Part shown: piece after piece, positions 10,497 to 20,948 of the stretch
How positions within the stretch are numbered: the first letter of the stretch is position 1
How the letters are laid out: every line of letters begins with the position of its first letter
IMG/VR virus record: IMGVR_UViG_3300014499_000004
Location: 3,761-67,760 of that record
Direction: 5' to 3' (one strand)
DNA: 64,000 nucleotides
DNA from: a virus
Position numbers and translations under genes: made by a program
Notes under the pieces: generated by a model
What the model was told of the DNA's origin: nothing
The model's database searches: none
Seen by the model: the letters and a program-made list of their open reading frames with translations, nothing else

Positions 10497-10938
10497 ATAG
10501 GTTACTTAGATCTATGTCAAATCCACCTTGGTTACCAGTGTCTTTATTGTGTGAACGTTGATTGTCCCACTGTTCCTTCAGTTTCTTTTGGTGTTCTACT
10601 TCTGGATCATCTATACGTTGACGTTCAACTTGTCGATCAACTCTAGTTTTTTCATCAGATAAGTTCTCACTATCTTCTGGGAAAGCTCTATGCAATTCAG
10701 CCATACCTGTCATTAACTTCTTTGGTACCTCTGAATGGTTACGACATACTGTTGTAAGATATCCCATACTAGCGAATGGATCTATTGCACCATATTTGGC
10801 TTCTAGACTACATTCAGAAGTACCGTCAGTACCAACATGTTCTTTAAGAGTTTTTCCATGTTCGTCAGTTCGTTTTTTAAACGTACATTCTTGACGTGGG
10901 TTATACTCACCAATTTCAGCGAAACCAGACTTAGCCAT
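10489..10938 (-). CDS. hypothetical protein
   Basis: 149-aa ORF, ends DIDLSNLFD. Confidence 0.7.
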   Translation of the reverse strand: MAKSGFAEIGEYNPRQECTFKKRTDEHGKTLKEHVGTDGTSECSLEAKYGAIDPFASMGYLTTVCRNHSEVPKKLMTGMAELHRAFPEDSENLSDEKTRVDRQVERQRIDDPEVEHQKKLKEQWDNQRSHNKDTGNQGGFDIDLSNLFD

Positions 10939-10956
10939 TTTATATTTTAGTTAATC

Positions 10957-12903
10957 TTATTCGTTTGAATCGCCAAATAGGTCACCAAGATCAAGGGTAG
11001 ACATATCTAAGTTATCCCTAGATGGCTTAACTGTCTTAGGTTTTTCAGTTGGTCGAGGAGTTTCTGACCTAGCTTTAAATGATGCCTGAGCTCCCTTAAG
11101 AGTAGAGTATAGTTTTGATAGTGTGTTTACTTTTTTACTCGCTGTTTGAACAGTATCAACATTAGAACTTGGATAGTATTGCGTAGTTTCATTTACTGAA
11201 TTTGGAGAAATCTGATTAGTATCAGGATCAACAGCAGTTCGGGGATATCTACTTTTACCAGTGGTAGGACTATCTAATCGGTGTACTATTAATGAATATT
11301 CACCAGGAGTAGAACCAGCCATGGATGAATCTCCTTCAGTATCGGGAGCAAGACCTTCACTTCTACCTAAACGTACATGCTTTCCGTTTCTATGAGAACT
11401 CACACCAGCTAATATACCTAAGTTGGCTTCAGTTCTTGGTTCGCTCGCTCCCCAACTGCGAGTTGTTGATACGATGTCGCCTACTCGATGAGTTTTATCT
11501 CCTATCTTAAACGATTCTTGATTATCCGGGTGAGGACCCGTGCCTCCTGTTCTGGCATGATATGCATCTTTAGCAGCAGCCCATCTTGCACTCTGATCTG
11601 GATGCATTAAGAACATCCTACTTGGTGGGATTTCTCCAACTTGCTCTTCAGTTGGGTTAGTGAAACTATCCGCTTCAGACCCTGCTGACGACTTTGATCG
11701 ATTAATATGTTGCTGTCTAGCATCAGGTGTAAGCCCCGAAAGATCTTTTGGTCTTTCATCTTCCATATGTGGTAGAGCACCAACTTGACCGTTTACACTA
11801 ACGAAACTGGGGGTTTGTACTTTAGTAAGAATGTGATGTTGACCACAACCAGGTTGCATTGAGCCATCCTCGGCTACATCTGAAGTTAGACCGCAACCAT
11901 CACCTTCATGGTGTTCGTGTTGACACTGTGTAAATGAATTATCACTGGAATCAAATCCTCGGAAAGTATTACCAGTGCATCTGTGATGACTCTCAAATAC
12001 ACCTGAATTCCCTAAGGAACTACGGCCAAGTACTGTCCCTGCCATAGCACGAATATGTGATGGATCTATTGCACCAGGAGCATCTTCTCCTTTACGTCCT
12101 TTAAGGCTATTACCCAGACGCTTTTTATCTGGTCCGTATAGACCATGGGCGTCAATCCAGACAGCAGAGTTTGGAGTTAATTGTTTCTTAACTTCTGGGT
12201 CATCTAAGCGACCTAGAGATCCACCAATGGCTTTATCTAAAAGTCCTAATTTTATGGAAGTTTGTTCAAATGGAGTATAAGGTTTACCGGTCTTTGGGCT
12301 ATTCTCTTCAAGAGGAAAACGTCTTTCTGGTTCTCCATCACCATCCTTTTGTCTGGTAATTGACCACTTATCCCATAATTTTCGGCTTTTTTTATCTTCT
12401 GGAAGGACCGGGGAGGCAACCCTTTCGGGTAAGTTAAAATTTCTCTCAGAGCTACCTTTGGCCGAAGCCTCTTTAGCATATTCTTTTTGTGGAAACGAAG
12501 CCGAAGAAAGATCAGAAAGTCCACTGTACGGATTAGACTTCTTCTGAACATCAGAAGCGTCACTAATAGCTTGTTCTTTATCTTGCTCGTCCTTTACGGA
12601 AACTTCTTTATCAGCTACCTTCGGACAAAGAGTACAATTAGCGTGCTTGATATCCCATTCTTGGTAGAGTGCTTTTACCAATTTTGCTTTGCTATCAGAG
12701 ACAGAAGCTAGTCGGCGTGAGGAAGTTGATTCAAGAATTTCATCAATTGCAGTTGCCCTCTGATAGAACTCTTCTTCTGAGTGGGCAATAAATAGGAAAT
12801 TACCTACCTTTTTGGTAACTTCATATTTAGCATTAACGATATCTTTCGCTGCAGCCTTGGCTTGATAAATTAATTCGTTATCGTCCGAATATTCTAATGA
12901 CAT
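10957..12903 (-). CDS. hypothetical, possible head/internal protein
   Basis: 648 aa, low complexity, RLAS/KVAD/RVAS/TASK motifs, ends LDLGDLFGD. Confidence 0.7.
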   Translation of the reverse strand: MSLEYSDDNELIYQAKAAAKDIVNAKYEVTKKVGNFLFIAHSEEEFYQRATAIDEILESTSSRRLASVSDSKAKLVKALYQEWDIKHANCTLCPKVADKEVSVKDEQDKEQAISDASDVQKKSNPYSGLSDLSSASFPQKEYAKEASAKGSSERNFNLPERVASPVLPEDKKSRKLWDKWSITRQKDGDGEPERRFPLEENSPKTGKPYTPFEQTSIKLGLLDKAIGGSLGRLDDPEVKKQLTPNSAVWIDAHGLYGPDKKRLGNSLKGRKGEDAPGAIDPSHIRAMAGTVLGRSSLGNSGVFESHHRCTGNTFRGFDSSDNSFTQCQHEHHEGDGCGLTSDVAEDGSMQPGCGQHHILTKVQTPSFVSVNGQVGALPHMEDERPKDLSGLTPDARQQHINRSKSSAGSEADSFTNPTEEQVGEIPPSRMFLMHPDQSARWAAAKDAYHARTGGTGPHPDNQESFKIGDKTHRVGDIVSTTRSWGASEPRTEANLGILAGVSSHRNGKHVRLGRSEGLAPDTEGDSSMAGSTPGEYSLIVHRLDSPTTGKSRYPRTAVDPDTNQISPNSVNETTQYYPSSNVDTVQTASKKVNTLSKLYSTLKGAQASFKARSETPRPTEKPKTVKPSRDNLDMSTLDLGDLFGDSNE

Positions 12904-12977
12904 GGGAGGTTCTCCAAATAGTAGGTATTATGCCTTAAAAGGCTCTGTACGTTTACTAGTTTGATTTCCGTTACTAT

Positions 12978-13577
12978 TTACTCACCAGACACAAAATCTA
13001 ACTCAAATTTATTGCCGATATTCAATATACCTGTACCAGAAAAATGGCCAACTTCAGTAGCATCATGTTTTTCATATTCGAAGTTATTCCACATTTGTTC
13101 CATCTCTGGACTAAGGTGAATATCATCAAGTATAATTAGACCTTTAAAACCCATGTCAACCAAAAACTCAATCATTGGAGGTTCCTGTAGGCCATCATGA
13201 GGATCTACGTCAATTACGATAAGATCAACAAGATCATATTCAATCTCATCTTCCATAAAATCAGCAACACGCAGAATAATATTATTTTTATCTAGTGCTC
13301 CAGGTTGATGTGTTTCTATACTCATCAAATCATAGCTAATAACATTCTTATCACTAGTAGAAAGTGCTAGAGCGGAACCGCCGAATAGCGTACCAATATC
13401 TAGAACCATTTTTCCGCCTACTTGTTTTGCTAGATAAGAATAGAGTTTATACTCCGTAGTACCTGCTTCTTTGTCCCAGGACATAAAGTTAGGGGGACAC
13501 CATCCCTCTTGATATTGAGCAAGACTAGTGATATCTTCATCTATGATTTCTTTACGATTTAAAGTAAGTTTTTTCAT
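12978..13577 (-). CDS. class I SAM-dependent methyltransferase
   Basis: VLDIGTLFGGSA motif I, DLIVIDVDPH, GLIILDD. Confidence 0.85.
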   Translation of the reverse strand: MKKLTLNRKEIIDEDITSLAQYQEGWCPPNFMSWDKEAGTTEYKLYSYLAKQVGGKMVLDIGTLFGGSALALSTSDKNVISYDLMSIETHQPGALDKNNIILRVADFMEDEIEYDLVDLIVIDVDPHDGLQEPPMIEFLVDMGFKGLIILDDIHLSPEMEQMWNNFEYEKHDATEVGHFSGTGILNIGNKFELDFVSGE

Positions 13578-13578
13578 G

Positions 13579-14169
13579 TTATTTACGGATGCAAAATAAG
13601 AGGTCATCATATCTTCCGAGATTTTCTCTTAAATCTATACACTCATAACTAATACTATCATTTAAATTTAAAGGTAGTGATTCAATAAGAATTGGAAACC
13701 ATGAAGTATCTTGTACATCTTCTAGAACCATTATTCCACCCTCATTTAATTTTGGTAAATATAGTTCCATACATTGTTGCAAAGTAGGTATAGTATGAGG
13801 ACCATCATCAATAATGATATCCCAATTATCGAGTTGATCAAGTGTTTCTGCATCAAAACTATAGGCATCACAAATTCCTACTGATACTCTATCAATATTC
13901 TTATATTTATCTACTCGTTGATCTGAAATATCGAATCCAGTAATTTCAGCATGTGGAAAATACTTACTCCATAATGCTAAGGAGGCTCCTTTATAGACAC
14001 CAATCTCTAGAAGACTAATTGGTTGGTCTTGATACTTCTTAAACTCTTTATTATAGAAACCATTGATATAATCATGTTCTCCTGGATACCCACCTTTGTC
14101 GGTACCGCATTCTGGTTCTTTCCACCAAGTTAGGTCTAGATTTTCTGCTAATAGAGTTTTAAGATCCAC
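13579..14169 (-). CDS. class I SAM-dependent methyltransferase
   Basis: GTDK...HDY, LLEIGVYKGASL, DIIIDDGPH, GGIMVLED. Confidence 0.85.
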   Translation of the reverse strand: MDLKTLLAENLDLTWWKEPECGTDKGGYPGEHDYINGFYNKEFKKYQDQPISLLEIGVYKGASLALWSKYFPHAEITGFDISDQRVDKYKNIDRVSVGICDAYSFDAETLDQLDNWDIIIDDGPHTIPTLQQCMELYLPKLNEGGIMVLEDVQDTSWFPILIESLPLNLNDSISYECIDLRENLGRYDDLLFCIRK

Positions 14170-14464
14170 CGGTCACCAATGATTCGATGTTAATAAAGGC
14201 ATTTTTGATAACCATTTGCAAACGTTCCATATAATACAGATTTTCTCCTTCGGGACTTGATCCGAAGCATAGATGTCTTTGAACATAGTTGTAGTCATCA
14301 CTACCTGTTACTAGTTCTTCTGAAGTACTAAAGATCCAAGCTGGACAGCCATGACCCTTAATAAAGGATCTTGTAGGAGCCATGGTAGTTCCTTTATCTT
14401 CTGTGTCAGGTGCTGGCAATGCAACAATTGAATCTGGTAAACATACTACATATAATCTTGCCAT
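14159..14464 (-). CDS. hypothetical protein
   Basis: 101-aa ORF in operon. Confidence 0.6.
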   Translation of the reverse strand: MARLYVVCLPDSIVALPAPDTEDKGTTMAPTRSFIKGHGCPAWIFSTSEELVTGSDDYNYVQRHLCFGSSPEGENLYYMERLQMVIKNAFINIESLVTGGS

Positions 14465-14481
14465 TGTATTAATCTCTTTCT

Positions 14482-14859
14482 CTATGAGGAGTAAACTACC
14501 TTTTTAATATCAGCATCATTCAATGCCTTTTTACAACGACTGCACGGTTCCGACAAACCAAAGCTACCATCTTTCCTAGCTCTGGCTACATACACAATAG
14601 CGCCTTTAGCCTTACTACCTAGTATAGCAAGAAGACGGCGCTCAGCGCAAATACCTGCCTGTGATTTTATATCTTTGTCTTCTAGAACAGTAGGATGGTT
14701 TCTTCCCTTATTACAGGCTACACCAATTACTCTACCACCAGATACAGCAACTGCTCCGACCTTGAATCTTTCATCAGAGGTTTTAGCTGTTTTCAACGCT
14801 AGCAATAGCATCGAAAGATCTTTATTTGAAATCCCTTGAAAATCAACTAATGTTTGCAT
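14482..14859 (-). CDS. cytidine/dCMP deaminase-like zinc protein
   Basis: FKVGAV, CAE and PCSRC zinc motifs. Confidence 0.8.
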   Translation of the reverse strand: MQTLVDFQGISNKDLSMLLLALKTAKTSDERFKVGAVAVSGGRVIGVACNKGRNHPTVLEDKDIKSQAGICAERRLLAILGSKAKGAIVYVARARKDGSFGLSEPCSRCKKALNDADIKKVVYSS

Positions 14860-15320
14860 TATATAACTCTTTCTAATTTTTTATTTCTAAACTTTGCGTT
14901 ATAAGCATTTTTTAAAGGTCCACAAAGATCACATTGACAATGATACTTTCCGGTAAGTCCTCCTCCGTGATTGACCGTTTTTATATCTCCCTCAGAAATA
15001 CTTTTTTCTACATGGTGATCGTGGCAAAGAAGATGACACTTATTCATCTCAGCTGCCAATTTTGTTTCACTGGCACCACTTATCATTTTAGATACATCAA
15101 ACTCCTTTTCGGAAGCCACTTTATGATCGAATTCTAATCTTTCAGTTGTTCCGCATACTTCACATATACCACCCAATTTTTCTATCCATTCGGCACGACG
15201 ACGGTGGTAGCGTGCAAGAGTATATTTCTTCATATACTCGTTATAGTGAGTTCTACATCTGCTCTTATTACTCTGGGGAAGAGATTCTAATGGACATCCA
15301 TCAACAATACAAATTTTCAT
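14859..15320 (-). CDS. HNH endonuclease
   Basis: GGICEVCG...LEFDH...KCHLLCHDHH. Confidence 0.85.
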   Translation of the reverse strand: MKICIVDGCPLESLPQSNKSRCRTHYNEYMKKYTLARYHRRRAEWIEKLGGICEVCGTTERLEFDHKVASEKEFDVSKMISGASETKLAAEMNKCHLLCHDHHVEKSISEGDIKTVNHGGGLTGKYHCQCDLCGPLKNAYNAKFRNKKLERVI

Positions 15321-15377
15321 ACTCTAAGTATATCACTCTTAAGACCTTTTGGGTTTGAAGAAGTCATTGGTACCATT

Positions 15378-15650
15378 TTAGTTACTCTCCTTTATCTCTT
15401 CTCGTACTATACTAAAATCAGGAACAGTACGAATATTAAAATGTCTTATAGGAAAATCTTCATCACGTTCTATAAAGTTATCTCCACATTTAAAAGTACG
15501 ATCATTCTTATGAAACCAACCAGTAGGAGTACTCCAGTTTTCTCGATAGATTATTTCAGTTCCTGTCCAATCTACATATTGATAAATTGTTTTACCACAA
15601 ACACAAAAAGATTCAACAGTATGGTATCCGCCTGGACATTTTATTTCCAT
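15378..15650 (-). CDS. hypothetical protein
   Basis: 90 aa, AAAGGA RBS. Confidence 0.6.
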   Translation of the reverse strand: MEIKCPGGYHTVESFCVCGKTIYQYVDWTGTEIIYRENWSTPTGWFHKNDRTFKCGDNFIERDEDFPIRHFNIRTVPDFSIVREEIKESN

Positions 15651-15673
15651 TTTTGTTTTCCTTTACTTATTAG

Positions 15674-15944
15674 AAATATTGGCTCCGGTTTCCATAGCCA
15701 CGGAGTCCTCTAGCCGCCTCTAGCGAAGAGGTTCCGGGTTTGCAAGTCCAGTAGCCAACTGCCCCGTGAAACTAATCTTAACCCAGCTAGTATGCATTAT
15801 TCGGTCTTTATCCCCTTAGCCTTGACGTTGATGAGGTAACTTAAGTCTCATCTACGACGCTTAAAGTTCCTTATAACATTAAGCGAAGGAGCGTATTAAA
15901 GGGGCTATTTTATTACACCGACTGTCTATACACCACCAATATTT
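15674..15944 (-). ncRNA. candidate structured ncRNA
   Basis: GC-richer gap closed by AAATATTGG/CCAATATTT with internal hairpins; near tRNA-Met. Confidence 0.4.
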
Positions 15945-16178
15945 ATTTTCCTTTTCCTTATTTAAATTTGCACCTCCGGAGCATCCAACTTAATGAATTG
16001 CGCTACCGGAGGAATAATTCGACCAGTAGTACTTCACTAACCTAGGCTAGATGAGGTCAGAACCCTCTAGTCAATGATTGATTCGGTTAGACTGTTACCA
16101 GCCCCATTCCTTACAGTCTGGCGGATCTGGTACTACTAGTCTAGGTTTATCCCCTTCTGACTGCAAGATAAACCTTAG

Positions 16179-16254
16179 TGGCAGGGGATGGATTTGAACC
16201 ACCGATCTCTTGGTTATGAGCCAAGCGAGAACGACCAGACTTCTCTACCCTGCG
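16179..16254 (-). tRNA. tRNA-Met(CAT), initiator-like
   Basis: CGCAGGG...CTTGG CTCATAA CCAAG...GGTTCAAATCC...CCCTGCC A; 1:72 mismatch; CCA not encoded. Confidence 0.9.
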
Positions 16255-16260
16255 ATCTTG

Positions 16261-16674
16261 TTAGCGCTTAGTCTTTGGTGTTGACTTAGGCGTTTGTTTT
16301 GTCCTAGCAGGCGAAACTGGTTTTACAGGTGTCTTTGCAACCTCTTGAGCCTTCTCCAATGCATTAACATCAGCAGCCCATACACCATTAGGTGTTTCTG
16401 CGAATGTTGAAGATACAGGTGGTGTTACTGGGGGAGTTGGCAAATTCGCTGGAAGTGCTAGGAAAAACACACTCAGCCAAGGGAACTTCTTTTCACCCTC
16501 AGAAATTAGCCAGTGATATGCATACCCAATAGGAGCTGTAAACAAAAGTACAAATCCATGATCAATTTTTGTCCAATAGGTAAGTCCTAGTGACACTGCT
16601 GCTGCTACAAAGGCAGATACTGCTGTAGCCCAGTTAGGCTTAGTTGCTACGGTGTTGCTTAATCCTTTACTCAT
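16261..16674 (-). CDS. membrane protein, holin-like
   Basis: Two N-terminal hydrophobic helices and a basic Pro-rich tail. Confidence 0.55.
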   Translation of the reverse strand: MSKGLSNTVATKPNWATAVSAFVAAAVSLGLTYWTKIDHGFVLLFTAPIGYAYHWLISEGEKKFPWLSVFFLALPANLPTPPVTPPVSSTFAETPNGVWAADVNALEKAQEVAKTPVKPVSPARTKQTPKSTPKTKR

Positions 16675-16730
16675 TATTTCTCTCTCTGTTTAGAATGGTA
16701 AAATGTTGCTTATATTATAGTACAGGTTGG

Positions 16731-17042
16731 TTAGGCCTCTGTCAAGGCTTTGGTTAAAGAATTTTTAGAATTAATCTGAAGGGATGTTGCATTGACTAGT
16801 TCGCCATCCTGAAAGACAAGAAATTGAGGGATAGATTTTATCCCATACTGAGCGGCAATTTCATAACTTTCATCAACATCTACTACTCCAAAGTGGAGAT
16901 CGGGATTTTCATTAGAAATCTCTTCTATAATTGGTTTAATTACTTGGCATGGATTACACCATGTACCAGAAAATTCTACTATATTTTTCCCTTCAGAAGA
17001 TATAAAATTTTCAAAATTCTTTTTATTTAATTGGGTAATCAT
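16731..17042 (-). CDS. trxA: thioredoxin
   Basis: WCNPC active site, SIP cis-Pro motif, 103 aa. Confidence 0.85.
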   Translation of the reverse strand: MITQLNKKNFENFISSEGKNIVEFSGTWCNPCQVIKPIIEEISNENPDLHFGVVDVDESYEIAAQYGIKSIPQFLVFQDGELVNATSLQINSKNSLTKALTEA

Positions 17043-17650
17043 TTGTTTTTCTTTCTTTCTTTTAACATTTGTTTTTCATTTTTGATTTGAATTTTAGTTG
17101 GTGATAGTACATCAAAGGCTGATGCTAGATCAGCAGGAGCAAATAGTTGTGGGGTTCCATTAAAGAATATACCACCACCCCAGAGCATCATAGCAACTAG
17201 ACCCGAACAGTTAATAGTGTTGTTAACTGTAATTCGAAGTTTAACTCCAGTTGCAAACTGAAATCCTATAGACATATCACTAACCCAACCATATTTATCT
17301 TTTAGGAAGGTTTTGGCTGCATTTACTGATTGAATTCTATTTGCAGAACTTAATTTTGTATTAACAACATAGTAAGTTAAATCTTTATATTTAGAAATAT
17401 TATCAATTTTAACTCCAGAACTTAGAGATTCAATAATAGTACCATTATTATCTATAAAGCCTCCACAGTGAGACCACTTAGAATACTTTCGATTTTCACC
17501 ATGGAATCTAAGTCCTTGTCCAAAGAGAATTAATCTACTAAAAAGGGTAGTATTGCGTAATAGAAAGAAATCTCCAGGCTTAGAAGAGGTTACTTCCTCT
17601 CCTGGACCGTAAACGGTATAATTAGCTTTTTGAGAATTAAACGTCGCCAT
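17039..17650 (-). CDS. permuted papain-like (YiiX/YebB-type NlpC/P60) hydrolase
   Basis: PGDFFL, WSHCG His preceding NCSGLV Cys, PADL. Confidence 0.75.
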   Translation of the reverse strand: MATFNSQKANYTVYGPGEEVTSSKPGDFFLLRNTTLFSRLILFGQGLRFHGENRKYSKWSHCGGFIDNNGTIIESLSSGVKIDNISKYKDLTYYVVNTKLSSANRIQSVNAAKTFLKDKYGWVSDMSIGFQFATGVKLRITVNNTINCSGLVAMMLWGGGIFFNGTPQLFAPADLASAFDVLSPTKIQIKNEKQMLKERKKNK

Positions 17651-17694
17651 GGGTTTACTTATCCAATTTGTTAGTGGTGTTACTTAGGTATTTA

Positions 17695-17723
17695 AGTATA
17701 TACTAAATTAGTTAGTAAGTCAA
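17695..17723 (-). promoter_or_regulatory. sigma70-type promoter
   Basis: TTGACT-17-TATACT. Confidence 0.65.
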
Positions 17724-17733
17724 GTAAAACTAG

Positions 17734-19032
17734 TTAAAAACTTCCACTAGCGGTTCCTGAACCACCCATTTGATCATGGTCAATTAGCATACCCGGTAAT
17801 AGTTGGGCACTCTGGTTTGGAAGGTCATTTGCACGAGGTCTTCCATTTTTAAGTTCATCTGCTGGATTTAATAAAGTATCTGGAGACTCTTCATCTGGAT
17901 GAGTATCAAAAACTTCGACAGTTGATTGATGCCAACTACTAGTTATATATGCTGGTTCAATTGTTTCAATATTTTCAGGGATATCTACACCCAAATTGTC
18001 ATCGTCGTGTTCATGAGTAAGTGGATAATTTTTACGGGCAGAAGGATTTTTATGAAGATATATATGAGCATCAATTGGCGAAAGATCTTTTGTGTTTCCA
18101 TCCTTTGAATTATATACAATCACCCTTCGAATATGTGCTATGGCTTGTTCTCGACTTTCTCCAAATTGTTCCATGGTAGATTGTATCACAGGTTCATGAT
18201 GACTAATTATATGCTCTTTAGCATCGTTATGATTTTCGGGCCAAGGGTGATTAATGCCATCCATATGAGCATATCTCTCTTGAAAAGAACTCATGACAGG
18301 ACCAGTTGAATCTTCATTCTGATTATCAGTTGGTTCAAAATCTAGTGGACCACTTAGGTTCTTAGTGTGTGGCCATGGGCCATTGACATCATCACCAGTG
18401 AACCAAGACCTTAATGTAAGAGGATTAGCATCTTGACGTTGTTCTGAATAATTACGTTGACCATCATCTATTGGGAATCGAGATTGTAGTCTGCTAGTAT
18501 CCTCTAGGGAGACCATTCTATTGGCATTATCATTAAGTGGATTTCCGAACTCATTTGGTCCTGCAGTTTTCCAACTACTGTTTTTAAATACACCAACAGA
18601 TTTAGGGAATTTATCAACATTAGTAGCGTTACTGTCTAGATCTTGTGGACCAACTACTTCTTCGTCAGGATCTATCATCCCCGAAATTCCTTCTCCACGC
18701 AGAGTATCGGTAGGATCGGCTAGTTTTTTAAATGAAAATGATTGTGGTAATGCATCTGGAATTTCTTCAAATTTATGATCATTCGAATGATAGTGATCTG
18801 GTTGATCATTTTTTATTGGGAAACCAAGTCCTTTATAAAATGCATTATAACCATTTGGATCTGTATGATATAATTCATGATCATCTTCATCACCAATGAA
18901 TTGATCTTTATGATGAGTTGTTAGATGTGCTAGTAAATCGTCTTCATCGTCTATGTGAGGATGATGATCATTGTGAGCAATTTTCCAACTGCTTCTATTC
19001 ATCTTGGAAGAAAAACGTTCTTTCCAACTCAT
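17734..19032 (-). CDS. His/Asp-rich putative head/internal polyprotein
   Basis: Repeated SWKxA and FxxRYA motifs separating segments. Confidence 0.65.
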   Translation of the reverse strand: MSWKERFSSKMNRSSWKIAHNDHHPHIDDEDDLLAHLTTHHKDQFIGDEDDHELYHTDPNGYNAFYKGLGFPIKNDQPDHYHSNDHKFEEIPDALPQSFSFKKLADPTDTLRGEGISGMIDPDEEVVGPQDLDSNATNVDKFPKSVGVFKNSSWKTAGPNEFGNPLNDNANRMVSLEDTSRLQSRFPIDDGQRNYSEQRQDANPLTLRSWFTGDDVNGPWPHTKNLSGPLDFEPTDNQNEDSTGPVMSSFQERYAHMDGINHPWPENHNDAKEHIISHHEPVIQSTMEQFGESREQAIAHIRRVIVYNSKDGNTKDLSPIDAHIYLHKNPSARKNYPLTHEHDDDNLGVDIPENIETIEPAYITSSWHQSTVEVFDTHPDEESPDTLLNPADELKNGRPRANDLPNQSAQLLPGMLIDHDQMGGSGTASGSF

Positions 19033-19820
19033 TAGATGTTTCTTCCAAAATCACCATCTTGACAGTGTCTACACGCAAATGGATAGGAGTGTATTGATGT
19101 ATGATACTTGTCGTGATGTTCTTTACTAGTTCCTAAGGAATTATTTTCCCCTCTAGAATAGTCATTCCATTTCTGCTGTTCTTGATCTTCGTTCTGGTAA
19201 TGGGGCATAGTATATGATGGTTGTGGAGTGGAACCCCAGGCTTGATCGAAATCTTCTCTATCCATTGCTTCAGCATAACGCTCTTTAAAAGCAGTTATTG
19301 TACTGGGTTGTACTGCCTTATTTATATCCTTAGTTAAAAGAGGAGGACCTTCGGGTCTATCACCAACGTCTAGTTTATATTCGGGATGAGCCATTGGTTG
19401 ACCATTCTCCCAAAGAACTTCTCCATGATTAAAAGCACTGGGAGAAATACCGTCTAATTGACCTTTACCATCTCCTAATACTTCATTATGTGGTCCATTC
19501 AAACCGGCAACTACTGGACTATCAAAGTATGGATCTAACATTTTCTTTAATACTTCTATATTAGTAGTAACATTCTTTTGTTCAATATTCTGAACATACT
19601 GATTCCAAAGAATTTTTTGACAGGCTACTTCGTAGGTTAATTCATCACTTTCTCTAAAAGTAAGAGAAAGTTTGTAATCATCTAATTTGGTGACTTCGGG
19701 ATCAGCCCCATCAGCCTTAAATTGATTGATTAAACTAAGTGCAACTGCATCTACATCATAGATAAAGGGAGTGACATTAAGAGTAATTTGGCGACGACGA
19801 TTTTCACGGTTTAATGGCAT
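19032..19820 (-). CDS. hypothetical protein
   Basis: 262-aa ORF, internal AFKERYA. Confidence 0.7.
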   Translation of the reverse strand: MPLNRENRRRQITLNVTPFIYDVDAVALSLINQFKADGADPEVTKLDDYKLSLTFRESDELTYEVACQKILWNQYVQNIEQKNVTTNIEVLKKMLDPYFDSPVVAGLNGPHNEVLGDGKGQLDGISPSAFNHGEVLWENGQPMAHPEYKLDVGDRPEGPPLLTKDINKAVQPSTITAFKERYAEAMDREDFDQAWGSTPQPSYTMPHYQNEDQEQQKWNDYSRGENNSLGTSKEHHDKYHTSIHSYPFACRHCQDGDFGRNI

Positions 19821-19852
19821 AGTACATTTACTACGCCAATTTTTATACCTAA

Positions 19853-20365
19853 TTAGTGTTCAGGATACCAATCTTTGGTCGCAACTTGATCTATTCTTAA
19901 TGTAGTAGTTCCACTAACAGTAGGACCAGTTACTAAATCCCAACCTGGATCTTGAAACTTCTGAGTTACCCAATTAGGATAGGTAATTTCGTGAACGCCA
20001 TATGAATTCGAGCGATGATGCTTGGGACAAAGTAGTATTAAATTTTCTTTTGAGTCCAAAAACTCTTGGACACTAGTAACGTCTGGAAAAATTGCCTGTA
20101 TCTTTGCTAAATCAGTAGAGTTAGCCAAGGCCCATTCTACGAATTCGTGATGGCCTTCTAGTCGTATTTGTTCGCCTAACTCTTCTTGGGTAATCCCACA
20201 GATATAACATCCAGGACTACTAGATGCTTCCATCTCCTTCTTGTTTTCTGAAAATTCGGGAGATTCAGCACCCCTCTGAACATGAGTAGGATACATCACT
20301 GTTTCGGTCAATTTTCTAGTCTGGGAGTGTTGAGTTACTTCAGCACCTTCTACTGGATCACTCAC
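19853..20365 (-). CDS. HNH-like zinc-binding protein
   Basis: CYICG, LEGHH, NLILLCPKHH. Confidence 0.65.
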   Translation of the reverse strand: MSDPVEGAEVTQHSQTRKLTETVMYPTHVQRGAESPEFSENKKEMEASSSPGCYICGITQEELGEQIRLEGHHEFVEWALANSTDLAKIQAIFPDVTSVQEFLDSKENLILLCPKHHRSNSYGVHEITYPNWVTQKFQDPGWDLVTGPTVSGTTTLRIDQVATKDWYPEH

Positions 20366-20391
20366 TTTATGCTCCTTTAATTATTTTCCTA

Positions 20392-20948
20392 TTAACTAGA
20401 GTGATTTTCGTATCGGTTAATTATCTCATGAGCCCATGATAACTTATCTACTACGCGCTGACCTGCTGGTTGAAAAGTGGACCATAATTCTAAATTTTCT
20501 TGACGATTATCATCCTTTATTCCATTTATATGATGGACGTTTTCATCTTTAAATAAAGGACGACCGAGAATTTGTTCCATGATAAATCTATGTTCACGAA
20601 TACCGTTTTTTTTCCATGACGACCTATCACTCGATATCCATCTTTATCTATATAACCTTCTCCGGACTTGCCCTTCTTCCTTAAAGGGATATCGACTCTA
20701 GGATCTCCCCATTTTTTGACCCTACTATAATGAGAAACACAATATCCGAGAGTACGCGGAGGGTGATCGCAATTATCTACAAAACATGTACTATTTGGAA
20801 TCACACGATATTTTAGTGGTTGTAATTCTTTTCCTCTATTTTGTTGATTCCAGTGTCCGTGACAAAGCCCAAGAGCATTGTGAATGTTCTTACAACCAGG
20901 AAATGAGCAAAGTCTTATTTCGCCTTTCTTTGCACGTATACGCGTCAT
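20392..20948 (-). pseudogene. HNH homing endonuclease split by a frameshift at an A8 run
   Basis: ORFs 20526-20948 and 20392-20580 join by a -1 shift at 20606-20613 to give GKKNGIREHRFIMEQILGR...VHHINGIKDDNRQENL. Confidence 0.75.
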
